Assembly (NCBI RefSeq): GCF_022539665.2
Contig: NC_081333.1
Span: forward strand, 12,896,001 to 12,960,000
Reading direction: 5' to 3'
DNA: 64,000 bases
Source: Daphnia carinata
Taxonomy: Eukaryota
Both the position numbers and the translations under genes were made by a program. Numbering within the stretch: position 1 is the stretch's first letter; every line of letters starts with the position of its first letter. Shown here one piece after another: positions 13,201-30,926 of this stretch. The notes beneath the pieces were generated by a model, which saw nothing but the letters and a program-made list of their open reading frames with translations, ran no database searches and was not told the DNA's origin.

Positions 13201-13897
13201 AAAAAAAAAATGCCTAACCTCCCACCTGGAAAATTGGATTTTTTTTTTTTCTTCAGCTTTTAAAATAAAAGAATATTTGCTTTTGATTGCGAAATGAATA
13301 GGCGTAAATTGTCAATGTTGTGGCAAGCCATTCTTGTTTCACTTTGGGAAAATTCAAAAACACTAAACCGTTCTTTTCTTTCTTTCTTTCTAAATCATCA
13401 AAGAGCGTTCGCATTAGGCGGAAGGCCCCGTGGAACACAAAGTGGGCGGAGTTGCTCAAAAAGGTGGGAGTTGAAGAAAAATGTCCTGAAGAAAAAAAGA
13501 AAAAAACAAAAAAACAAAAAGAAAAGAAAGAAAAAGGTTGAAACGAAGCCGTCCGCTACGCGCGCCACACGCAAATTTGTATTGAAGTGGTGAGAACAAG
13601 TCATTTCGCGTAACGCACACACACACACACACACCAACAACATTCTTGGCCATGATGGTGATGTATCGACCAGGATGTGTGTGTGTCTTGTTGTTTTTCT
13701 TCTTTGAAACCATCCGGTAAGTGATAAGAAAAAAAAAAAAAAAAAAAAAGAGGCAGACGTTTCACACAGCGACAATTCGTGTCGGTAGGTGGGCGGCGGC
13801 GGCGGCGTCGGCCTTCGTGATCAAATCAAAAGCGATGACAAAGTGCATTGTCGTCGTGTAGACGCGCCAGTCAAATCATAATCACACGAGCGTGCGC

Positions 13898-13928
<31 letters not shown>

Positions 13929-14456
13929 ACAAGATGTTTGGACCGGCGCGCGCGCGCCCATTTTCTTTTTAGCCGTCCCGGGTCCATCGCGTGTCACGCC
14001 AATTGAATGGATGGATAAATAATAACATCTCGGTGCGCGCGAACAAAGGCAGACGCTTGCCAACGACGTCACATAACAATGAATAATCAAAAAAAAAAAA
14101 AAAAAAAAAAAAGATAAAGAAGGGTGTCGTTTTTTTTTTTTGGTCAGGTGACGACCTTGGAGGTTCCGTTGTGCCGCAAGGACGCCAAAAAGGGCAACGT
14201 TTCATTTTCTTTTCTTTCTAGTTTTGGCCCGATGATGAATTTGAAAATTGGCCGTCGGCTGTGCCGTACCGCACGTTTTTTTTTTTTTTTTTTTGACGTA
14301 GCGCGCTTGGCCACACTTTTGACCGCAATCAATGACGCCATTGGCCTGGCGCCGGCCCACTCTGTTTTTTTTTTGTTTTTTTTTTTTTTTTTTTTGCTCT
14401 CCGCGAATCCATCAAACTCAATTGCTCCTTGGCCGTTTTTTGTTTATGGAACGCAA

Positions 14457-14487
<31 letters not shown>

Positions 14488-14873
14488 ACCAAATACGTTG
14501 CGTGAAAACAAGTCGTTGAAATCAAACGGACAAAACCAATGAAACCAAGCAAAAAAAAAAAAAAAAAAAAAACAACGTGCCCAAAAATGGCGAGGCGTCC
14601 ATCGACGTCTATGCGGATGTTTTCCAACCATTTGATTATCGCAACAAAACTTTTTTTTTTTTTCGTTTTGATGGCGAATTTGCGAGAAAAAAGAAAAAAC
14701 GACGCCGCATTCCACGACATACCGGAAAATTCAGGCGCGTGCGCCCGCTTTTCGTCTGCTGGCTCTCTTTTAAAAAGAGAAAAAGAAAAAAATCAAATCA
14801 AATCAAATATATATCCCGCTGAGAGGGCGAGCACAGAGAAGCTGATCAGACATTCAGGTCCCGAACGGACGCG

Positions 14874-14911
<38 letters not shown>

Positions 14912-17259
14912 ATTGGCCACAGCTGAGCAGACTATTGGGAGCCCCCCAGACTGAACGATGCAAAAACAAAAACAAAACAAAAAAAAAAATGACTCCCGAA
15001 ATAGCTGGCGGGCAAACGAACAGCAGCAGATCTTGTTTGCCCCTCTCTTCTTTTTTTTTTTCACGTGTGTGTGTGTGTTTCAACAAAGTGACAAAGCAAA
15101 ACCGACGATTAGCTTAGCGATCGGTAACTAACAGGACGAAATATTCAAATGTCTGGCATCACAAAAAAGGACCTTGATGAGCAGGGGACCTTTGACGTCA
15201 TCCTCTAAACGAAGCGGAAGTGGTAAAAAAAAAAACCTTTTTTTTTTTTTCAATTCTTTTTTTTTTTTTGTTTTGTGCCGGCAATAAGAAATTGGTGTCG
15301 ACAGGAGGCCGCCAGGAGTCACATGTCGTCCTCGTGTCACCTCCCACTCGTCTCCTAGCAACCGACGTACACAGTGCCAGAAGAATACGAGAGCCTACAT
15401 TTCCTTTTCTTTCATTTTCCCTTGTCCACAACAAAATCAAATTTGTTTCTTTCTCAAAAGAAGAAAAAAAAAAAAAAAATGTTGAAGTTTGACCCGGATC
15501 CGATGACGGGAGCCAACGTTTATGACACTCCCGCGTGAATTCCATCACATCACCACCATCGAAAAACACAACAACATCGAGAAATATTTCTTTGGATTTG
15601 AAAAAAAAAAATATAGAAATAAATGTTTGTTTTCTTCTAATGGATGCGGTGCTGCATCCGGCCGATAAATCAAGACGACCTTGCCCACATTTTGGTCAGC
15701 TGTGACCATCTTCTTTCATTTACAAAAACACTCATTTTTTTTTTTTTTTTTTTTTTAATATAAAAAGCGATTGTTTTGAGCAGCCGGGTCTCTCTCCTCA
15801 TTGGCCACCTGTATTCATTGGGCCACCCTTTTCGTCGGTTGCGTTCGATCTGTGTTATTCGGCCTGAATTTGCATACACGGCGCTGCGTGCACCAGCAGC
15901 AGCCGGAACCGACACAAGACGAAGCAAAAAAAAAAAAGAGAAAACTCGTTCCCTCCTTCTATACTTGTGTACATTTTTTTTTTCTTTTACCTGCTGCAGG
16001 CAGCAGAACAACACAAAACGAAGCGTGCAGACACACACAAAAGTGTTTTTCTTTTTTTTTTTTTTTTTTCGCCTGCGTGCCCAGCCAACAAACTGTTGAG
16101 CTCGACACCTTAAAAAATATATACAGTTATTTTTGTTTTGTTTTGTTTTTTTTTTTTTTCAATTCTTTTTGCTTTCTTAGTTTCACAAGTGCCACTTTGT
16201 TTCTAATTGCAAATTGAAACGTGCTACATTCCCGCCCTTCCTCCCCCCCCCCTCTTAAAAGAAGAAGAAGAAGAAGAAGAAGAAGAAGAAAAAAAAAATG
16301 GTGTTATCGATAAATCTTAAAGGTTGTGTCAATTGAAAGTGTGGGCGCCCCGAACGTCAGCAGGAGCCACAGACGATCGGGGCAGGAGCTCTCACACACG
16401 GCCAAAAGCGATGCCTTTTGATTGATGCTCTTTTCTTTTAGGGGCCTCTGTCCGTTTCAGACGAACGCAGATGCAAAGAAGAAGAAGAAGAAGAAGAAGA
16501 AAAACACAAACAAACCACAAGAGCAACGAGACGGGGGCCAAAGCTTTGGCAATAAAAAAAAAAAAGGCGGAGGCGGGTTGCCAAGGTAACCAAAACCTTG
16601 GGTCTTCACACACACACACACAAAAAAAAGGCGAACGAAAGATGGAGAAAAAAAAAAAAGGCGAACGATAGACGCTCGCGCGCGCGCGCGCAAGAGCGAT
16701 AGAGAAAAAGAGAAAGAGAGAGAGAGAGAGAGATAAGATGATGATGAAGAGACTGTGCGTGCATGTAAGCAAAGCGAGTTGTCTGCTGGCCCCAGCTGAT
16801 GGAGAGAACACGAAAGAGAACGAGAAGAGAAAGAGAGAGAAGGTCGCCGCCGGCCTTGTTTGCTCGATGATGAATATCACCTGACCCCTTTCGAAACACA
16901 CATACACACGAAAAAGAAGAAGAAGAAGAAGAAGATCGAGACGTCTATCTCCAAACTAAATAGAGCCACGCACGCATACGCACACTCTAGCAGACGCCAA
17001 TTGGCTGTGCAAAATAGATGGCAAAGACAAAAGAAAATAGGGACGATAGTTTTCGTTCAATCGAAAACGGTCAAATGCAAATGAAATGATTTCAAGACTG
17101 ACCGATTTGAATGGCGTCGGCACCGTTCGGATGACGGCTGATGAATCCGGCACCACGACCGCCGATCAACGACGTCACCAAAACAATGGCAGAAACGAAG
17201 CAGACGAAAAAACGAGCCGTGGCCATCGACAGTTGGACGACGCCGCACGATCGAGCCAT
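6480..17259 (-). CDS. BMPER: BMP-binding endothelial regulator / Crossveinless-2 (VWC repeats, VWD, C8), about 859 aa
   Basis: Exons 17103-17259 (signal-peptide-like RFFVCFVSAIVLVTSLIGG), 12423-12523, 10465-10570, 9893-9960, 8793-9635, 7577-8041, 7344-7482, 6758-7271, 6480-6666; phases join. First VWC CTNEGQ..PCMTCMCKDGHVQCKKEICP..CCQVC, autocatalytic GDPH site (CTVFGDPHYRTFDG), LCGLCGNFNG, C8 (CLLDMCEC..CYCEALTAYAHEC). The first exon is the least certain. Confidence 0.9.
16259..16933. repeat. Cluster of microsatellites, (GAA)n, (CA)n, (GC)n and (GA)n, in BMPER intron 1
   Basis: (GAA)n at about 16259-16290, 16477-16500 and 16914-16933; (CA)n about 16607-16622; (GC)n about 16677-16691; (GA)n about 16715-16732. 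Confidence 0.85.
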
Positions 17260-19162
17260 TTCTCTTTCGCAATTCGAATTTTGAACAAAGAAAATATTCA
17301 AACACGACGACGGCCACACACACACACACAGAAAAAAAAAACAAATCAATCAATCAATCAAAAAAAAAATGGCGTGCACTTGAAAAAAAAACAAAAAAAA
17401 ACATCGACGGCCAAACAAAAACAGCACGACAAGTTTTTCCAGTCAGGGTCCAATCAGAGAATCGAGTTTGTTTTTTTTTCTTCTTCTTTAGCTAGTTCAA
17501 CAAGTTAAAGAGAGGAGAGAAACGGGAATTGGCGCCCCGTTCATCAGGAAACTTTCACCCGAAAACAACATTCAACTTGTTGTCGATCGTTTGATGTTGT
17601 TGTTGTTGTTGTGTCATCTACTGCGGCAATTCGTGTTGCATCTCCACTCCACTCGCATCGCCAAACAACGAAACGCACTTTTTTTTTCTTTTTTTTTTTT
17701 TTTACACGCACGCACACTGAACAATCACGCGGGACTCTTGGCTCAATGTTGTGCTGTCGTTTTCTTTGAAACTAGTCAGATTTCAAAGGGAAAAAAATGG
17801 ACAATCAAATGGAGTAGGTGCCTCTGTGTGTGTGAGAGAGAGAGAGAGAGAGTTTTGGCATGGGCCAAGTGCAAAGTTCGTGAGTGTGTAGCTGTCCCGT
17901 CCGATGGCCGACGATGTTGAGCCCCAACTGACGGACGAGAACCGACCGACCACTAGTCCAACCCAAAAGTAAAAGACGGTACCACAAGCAAAGCTGCTGC
18001 TTGCTCGCTCCTACTCACACTCGACTTCCAAGTCACACAATCTCTGTAAGCTCCGCCCACTTTCTGCTCTCTAAGCCCCGCCCACTCATTGGCAATCCGC
18101 CCCAAAACAAAACGAAACCAAGGGCCCCCCGTTTTTTTTTTGTTTTTTTTTTTTTATGCGCTGCCTCTCTGATTCAAATCGCCTACGCTCCAACCAAATT
18201 TGGAATCATTTGACATTTCCGTGCGTTTCTTCGTTTTTTTCTTTTCGAAATAGATTATGTATTCATTTAGTCTAGCATTATCACACACACAAACAAAACG
18301 AATCGCAATGGACAGATCAAAACAAGCGCAGACGTTTGAGTTTCGACCAAGCGGAATGATGCCCTAATTAGCTGACGCATCACGTCTCACACATGTAACT
18401 CTCCCGATCAAACGAGAGGCTATTAAAAGACTTGACTGCAACGCCTCTTTTCCCTATTTTCTATTCGGTTAAGTAACACACACAAATGATTTTTCGTGTC
18501 ATCTTGATTAGACAGTTCTGATTTCGGCCTCAAATTGGGCACCAGCAAGAGAACCATATAAAAAGCAGAGAGGTCATTCGAGGTCGTTTCATTATCATAT
18601 TCCATCGTGTGTGTGTGTAATGTATACATTACACGTAAAGGGAGTGTCAGTTTATGCGCTCGTGGCTTGTAAACTGTAAACAAGCCACAAACAAGTATAA
18701 CGACGGTGACATACGACTTTGTCCCTTCGCAAGTCGGTTAACAGCTTCCCTCCCCCTCGGCTTGTCAATCGGATTATAGCACATCTTTTGATAATCGTTT
18801 TTCACTAGGACAAACAAGACACCGATCTCTTAATCCCTCCCCTCCCCCTCTCGTTGGCTGTTAGCTTTCGTTCGCCGGATAACAGCACGTTCTCGTGATT
18901 ATCCATTAACAACTGGAAAGAGAAGGTCACCTTTTTATTTTTTTTTTTTTGCTTGTTATATTAGGCAAATGGAGTTGCAAATAATTCAACGTTTTCGTAT
19001 AAAAAGTCTGTTAAAAGAGTCAGGACATTCTTTGGAGATTTGATAAGAACTACCAGTTTTGTCATTAATCGGCGGTCCCTTTAAAAAGAAAGACTCTTTC
19101 AACTCGACAATGGAAATGGTGATATGAATGGCGACGGGACCAATTCGATATCTTTTTCCATT

Positions 19163-19194
<32 letters not shown>

Positions 19195-19953
19195 TCCAAG
19201 AGTCTCGCGGATGGACGTCGCGACAGTCTCTAGAGTCACTCGTCATTCCTTTCGCCTATCCCTTTTCGACACACAACACAGGTCCCAGAAAATAGGAAAT
19301 CAAATAGGAAAAATTCCTTTTTTTTTTTTTTTTTTTTTAATATACGGTAAGTAAGTAGCAACACTATTTTGCATTATTAGGCAGTCGCCGCCACCGCGCG
19401 AGCTTATTTCGGTTCTCATTCAAAAAGACCGCGCCCGTCCAGACTCGACCAATTGACCAATGCAATTGGATTTGGGTTTTCTTTTTTCGCTCTTGTGTGC
19501 CCTGTGTGTCTCTTTAATCTATTTTGCTTTTCCGATTAATTCCCTGTGCGCGAATTGTCGGGCAAAAAAAAAAAAAAAAAAAAAAAAACGTTTTCGACGC
19601 ATAATTTTTTCGATTTTGGACTTGAGAAATCCAATAGGAAAGGTACAAAAGAGTCCTCTAGCGTTCAGTTTCGTCACTAAAATCTACAGTAAATAAAATC
19701 TCGACGAGAAAAGACTTATTGCTGATGGCTAGTGATTGCGAAAAAACGGTATCACAATCGTGAAATCTTGGAAGCGTGATTCATTTACTCGTAATCGTGT
19801 GTGGCGAAACGCGCTAGTGACGCGTCGATGTGGTGGGTCCCATGTCCGGCGCGGCAACCTAGCTCGTGTGTCACTTTACGGGCCGAGTAAAACGATTTCA
19901 AAAACAAAAAGCAAATAAAAGTTAAAAGGCGTGCAGAGATATAGGCAATAACA

Positions 19954-21692
19954 ATGGCGACCGTCGACACACGTGACGTTAGTTTACAACAACAGAACCT
20001 CATTTCACCAGTCCCATCCGTGAACAGTAATCCACTCGCCCAATTGCTTCAGCACCAAACCAAAGTGAGTATTGTTAGGTGACGACATCCCGTTCGGCCG
20101 CCTTTTCAGATGTTGACGATGGCTTACCAAGTGTCTCACTCTTCGACCTCTCACGTTGTTGTTTGCATCTAGGAAACGGAAATTGTTAGGGGAAAGGTGA
20201 AGCAACTGACAAAATTCAGGGAGGATTATGAAGCTCTTAAAGCCAGACTGGAGACGCTGCCTGACAAAATCTCACACGAAGTCATGGTGCCTTTTGGAAA
20301 GTTGGCTTTCATACCTGGCAGAGTCAAGCACACCAACGAGATACTTTGCCTGCTGGGTGAAAATTGGTTTGTTGAGAGATCTGCCAAGCAAGCTGCTCAG
20401 ATGGTGGAACGTAGGATAAAAGGTGACAACAACATAATCCACACCACACTCCCCAGACCATTTGCCCTCCATTTAAGGAATCCCCAGAGTCCTAATCTAA
20501 TTAAACCAGCTGCTCATTACTTTGAACTTAGAATGCGATGAAACTCTGAAAAAGTTTCAAGGGGAGCTGAAGCTGATGGATGGCTGGTGTGACCAGACAA
20601 AGAAACTGAGTGAGGAACTTAACCTCAATCAGGGAGTCAACATCACCGAGACAGAAGAGGATGAAGGATGGAGAGGTATAATTTGCTTATTGCTGCTGTG
20701 GTTGTCTAGACGTGGCTTGTGTGAGTCACTGACGTTGTTTTGTTTTCTTCTTTTTCCCTGATGAATCTGCACAGAGGAGCACCGCATCAAAGTCAGAGAA
20801 TACAAGCAGAAAATGGCTTTGTTGAAACAGCAGGCTGCAGAAGAATCTCATGAAAGATCAGAAGAAGAAGAATTGTGGAGAAGGCTAGACGAACTAGAGT
20901 TAGAAGAGGAGTTTCAGCACGAGTTGGACTTGTACGTTTTTCTCCCTACTCGATTTGCAATGAGGCGATCATTGAATGTTGTACTCTTTTGACTTTATAT
21001 CAAGGTTAGGTGTTGGAGATGGCGAGTTGGAAGAAGAGGATGAAGAAGTCAACGAAGGAGTGAAAGAAGAACAAGAAGAAGAAAGAAAAAAGAAGAGCGT
21101 GCGATGGTCGGAATCGCCCGACGCAGTAAAACAGTTTCGCAGGGACGAACTGATCCTTCCACGGATGTCTGGCACCGCCTATGAAGACGACAACCAAGAC
21201 ACGTTGAAAATCACCTTTAAACATTCGTCTGCATCGTCAGCTGGTTCCAACAAGTCCAAATTTGTTTCGTTTATTCCCGTTTCAGTTGATGCCAATAATG
21301 GCGATCCATCGTCGTCACTAGTATCGAGCCCGTCTGAGCTCTTTCGCAAGTATAGAAACAGTCAAACAACGACAGACTCGAGTGTTGGCGAGTCGATGGG
21401 TGCAGGCGAACCCAAATCGATATTGAAAGTCAAAAAATCGACGACGCCGGTGATTGAGATTGTGCAGCAACGGAAGGAAGAGCGGCCAGACGGTGGCTCG
21501 ACTGCAGATCCAGATCGGTCCAGTTTTTTACAACAACAACAAATACCCGCCGCCATGGGTGATGAGGTCAAGGAGAGAGGAGAAACAGCTTCCTCTTTGG
21601 TTGCAACAGCACAAGGAGAAGACGAAGAATCCGTCAACACCCACCGACCCGTCAGTCGCTTCAGGGCGGCTCGAATGAACAAGAAACTCTAA
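19954..21692 (+). CDS. URI1: Unconventional prefoldin RPB5 interactor (URI/RMP)
   Basis: Exons 19954-20064, 20173-20422, 20532-20675, 20775-20932, 21005-21692. Prefoldin-alpha domain (VMVPFGKLAFIPGRVKHTNEILCLLGENWFVERSAKQA), EELWRRLDELELEE, acidic tract, PP1-type motifs KSVRW and KSILK, C-terminal URI box VSRFRAAR. Confidence 0.93.
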
Positions 21693-22857
21693 AAAAAAAA
21701 ACATTTAAAATCTCTCCCCCTCTCTCTCCTTTAGAAAAACAAAATAATAATCACAATGTCTGGCCTGCCATCTAACGGACCTTGGATAATGACGGATGCC
21801 TCTTGCATAGTCCACTTGTGTGCGTGTGTCTGTGTACGTGTGTGATGGCATGAAAAATGGACAAAAGAAAATGTTTGGAAATTTGTGTTTGTTTTGTTGT
21901 ACCAAATTGTATTGAGTGCCGAAATGAATCGGTACAGCAACGCAAAATAAACCAAAATAGACTCACTTTTTTTTTTTTGCACAAAATCCTAGAATCCTTT
22001 TCCTATTTCTACTACCTTCATTCTCGAATCAGAAAAATAGAGATAAGAAATATTTGAAATCGCTTTAAAAGTTAAATACGTTAAATACGTAACTGGTTGA
22101 TGAGGACTGGATGGTTTGACTTGTCAAAAAGGAGAAGTTAAAAAGGTGGGGATCGGAAAAAAAAAAAAAAAAATCTAAGCTCTTTTTTTTTTTAAATAGA
22201 GAAGAAGCTGACGAAGAAAAACAACGTCGATTACAAGTGAAGAAAAGGGAGAAAAAACAATCAGCTAAAAAGGCTGTACGCGATGATGCCCATCACTGAG
22301 GGCTTACACTTTCGGGACGATCAATAAAACGGGAGGAAGCAAACAAATGAAATGTTTTCCCTTTTACGAATCACCGTTTGACGAATGCATCAATACAACT
22401 GTTATACATAATAGAATCATCTCTCTCAGGGTCTTCTTTCCTTGTTGCCTATGTACACAATCGTTATAAATAAAGCAACTGTAGGTGCACATGTACCGAT
22501 GGTTACCATGAGAAAATGAAAGGATCCCAATAATTAGAATAAAATGAGGAAGTTGAATGAGCTAGTTCTTTTTTCTTTTCAATAGCAACAGACCAGACTA
22601 GCTTCTTTTTCTTCACACTTGAAAGAGAAAATTATTTTTTTTTTTTTTTGTCAACGGAATTGATCGGCCAGTTCGAGGAAATTGGCCGGCGCTTGACGCG
22701 TCGAATGATATCGAGTGCAGAAGAAGAGATTGGCGCTTCGATTGAGGGGAGGCGCCTGTAATTGTGGCCGGATGCAGAAAAACGAATGGGCATTCGAGGG
22801 AGTTGGAGTTTCGCTAGCGGCTTCTCCTGACTGTTGATGATCCCTCGGCCCGTCTTG

Positions 22858-27816
<4,959 letters not shown>

Positions 27817-30121
27817 TCAAAAATTGGCCAGATGTCTTTTATCCTTCTGCGTAAACGTAGAAAATGTTTCCAATCAACAACTTTGAACAGAAATACACAC
27901 ACAGAGAAAATGGTGGCTTCGCTCGTCCAGTCTATTGGGCAATATCCTGGACGGTCAGATTCGAATGACGACATTTCCCGTTCTTGAAATACTTCTTATA
28001 TACTACTAGGTGCGTTTTAAAACAGGAGATGGGCAAAATTTTAAAAATTCACATCCGCATAAATCAAGAGAAAACGGCTGATGGGGTCATCACTAGCTGG
28101 AAAAAGGGAAGTTCCCTTATTGATTGCGTGTAGGGAGATTCCCCTTTCTCGTCTTCCATCCTGTGACGTCTTTCGCTACAGCACGAAAAAAAAAGAAGAA
28201 CTGAATGAAGAGGTAGGAAGAAACATTCTTTCGACTCATTATTGCGTCCGGGTGCCAGCATTTATAATGTTGACAGTCGTAATTAGAAAAGACAGCCATC
28301 TTGGCAGAGACACAATTTATGGAGCTCTCCCGCGAACAAATCGGCCACAAAAGAAAAAAGAGGCAGACTGTTATCATAATAATAATAATCTAATGCAACT
28401 ATAAAATAGCCTGTGGATAACCAAACAAAAGAGAAAATCCAATAAAAAAAAAAAGGGCTAAAGGAAAAAAAAAAAAAAACGATGACGTTGTTTTAGTGGG
28501 ATTGTTCCGTCCCGTTTACTCCTCGAGACTCTCTCTGCAACACACGAACAAAGCGTGGCAAACGAAATAATGTATACATGTCTGAATGAACAATGGGAAA
28601 GTCGGCCATCGTCTGACGATTGCAACTCTCTTCCGCCTACTATCGTCCATTTTTTTTTAACTAATCATCACCTCCGATTGACCATAAGTGAATCTCGCAA
28701 TATAAACGATTTAAATATTTTCTTTCAAGCCTTCCCACCGAAATTAGGCATTTTCTTTCCCTGCCTTCCGCTGCCAAAAAGCGGATCAATACTCGTCGGC
28801 CATGGGCAAACGGTGCGGCGGCGCAACCCTTTGCACGCTGACAATCGAAAAAAGGGGATGGCAAACATATTTTTGAGGCAAAACCGAAATTTTGTGCGTA
28901 TCTTACCTTGAAAGAAAACTGTTTGAAATGGCGACATGATCAGCTCTCCTCCCCCCTCCTTTTTTTCGTTTTGTGGAGGTAAAAAAACCGTCAGCCTGCA
29001 ACAACAGCTGTGCACGCACACGAGAGAAAACGGAACGATCGGCAGTGCAGAGCCACCGACCTAATTTTAGATCCGGGTTGTAAAAGCCGAACGTATAAAC
29101 ACAATAATCGTCACGGAATGTTTTTTCTACAGCCAGTTGTTTTCCCCAAAAAATAGAATTTTTTCTTTTTCTTTTTTGGACTTTTTCAAAAATTCTTTTT
29201 GAAAGGGTTTCCCATCATATGCGTGTGTTTTTAATTTTGGTGGCTAATCTCTGACGTAAGTGCAAGTGGCACATAAACACAGACAATCTCTCGACACTCG
29301 AGTAATGAGAATAACAATAATAACTTTGAATGTCACATTGAAAAAAGAAAGAAGGACACACACACGCACGGTCCTCACGAACGAACGGCGACGGACCGAA
29401 CGCTTCGACGACTGGCGACTCAACTGACGAACTTTCCGACCAAAGGCTCAACAACAGGAGAAAGATTTTTTTTTTTTATTAGGGAGAGGAGGTGTGGCAG
29501 TACTAGTGGCGCTCCTGACGGCCTGAATGGAAACTAAGTGTGTGACGTCATTGAGTCGCCATTGATGTGTCTCTACTTGGTGTGCTTTACGCTTGACACA
29601 CTCTATACTAGAGAATCCATTATTAGCTGCATTTCAATAATGAAGTAGATTGAATCAAGTAAAAGAGAAACTTTTTAGCGATTGTCGACCTTTGATGGCC
29701 ACACCCAAGCACCTTCGTCTTTGATGTATGCAAATCACCAAAGGTTTCATTTTTTTTTCTTTCTGTGTCAGACAGTTTCAGTAAGGTTTCGAGACACGAG
29801 TAACTCACTAAATGGATTGTTTGTTTTAGATGTATGTCATGTTGCAAAGGGACGTAGGATTTCATTATTGACGCCTTTGTTTTAAAACTCAACCTTTAGT
29901 ATATTATCGATTTTAAAAAAATAATTCCAGTGAATCATGTCTGACAATCAAAAAAGGAATCGATGTAACCTCGCGTCTAATAAATGCAGCATGCAAATAG
30001 AGTCGTGTTCATTATGCACATTAGAGGCCAGACACAGGAAATCTAGATAACCTTGATTTGTCTATAATAGACCCTACACACGTACGTTTACTTTACGACT
30101 TGTCGAGCGGGAATTCTTTGC

Positions 30122-30926
30122 CTATTGGAAGCCGCAAGGGAAATGAAAGTCGTCTACCGTCATAATTAGACCAATATTCGTCCTAGTTGCACGAACGAAA
30201 CCTGATCCCCCAATTTCCCTGTTATAATCAGGAAACAGCACTCTATACACTTCCTCTCGCATGTTACCTCGAATCTCTTCAACCGTATACAACGTCCCAA
30301 TCGAGTCCAACCATGTCTACTTTTGTTTTTCAATCCATTCATTTGCATATCTATGCGCCATCTAGCTCAATCGATCATTCATTTTATTCGCTCTAGTTTG
30401 TTTAGCCAGTTTCCCCTTGTTTTCAGATAACGGATTCGTGAGAATGTAGGCCAGTTTGGCTATAAAGTATTTTTTAATAATGTCGCTAATCATGACGACG
30501 TGTTATGAGCATTTTTCAAGAAGGATATGTGCACAGTACGTTGCATGAATAACGCACATTTGAACGTCACTCGATCACGCGCTTTTTATCGTCGCTGATG
30601 GCGTGAGGCGTAATGAATTTAAGATCAGGTTCATGTGTTAACACATTGTTATCTGAACTTTGTTTGTCATCAACGTATTTAAATAGATTTTCACTAACCT
30701 CATGGCAATAGACCAAGGCGTTTCCAGACTGTTTTGCATACTTGTAGAGGTACTGTAGAAAACCAGATGTATATAAAGAAATGATTGTGACTGCATTCGA
30801 CCGCAACTCTATATCAAAAGTAGGCCAGGGACAAGAATTTGGTAACACGAATTCGGTGACCCTTACGTTGAACGCGTAGCTACCGCTGTCTACACACACG
30901 TACTGGCACTCACGTACATGCATATC
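30122..30926 (-). pseudogene. Decayed coding sequence of unknown family
   Basis: ORF 30567-30974 continues after a frame change near 30570 into a single frame reaching 30122 that is interrupted only by stops at 30503-30505, 30362-30364 and 30317-30319. Protein-like composition throughout. No family recognised. Confidence 0.45.

Noticed and set aside
16577..16590. X-box-like GTTGCCAAGGTAAC in BMPER intron 1
   Set aside because: A single motif with no promoter context; cannot be separated from chance.
12524..17102. GC-rich GGCGYC and CAGAC words as possible Mad/Medea feedback elements in BMPER intron 1
   Set aside because: I found no clean GRCGNC-N5-GTCT match by eye, and the partial matches are too short to be informative in CpG-rich sequence.
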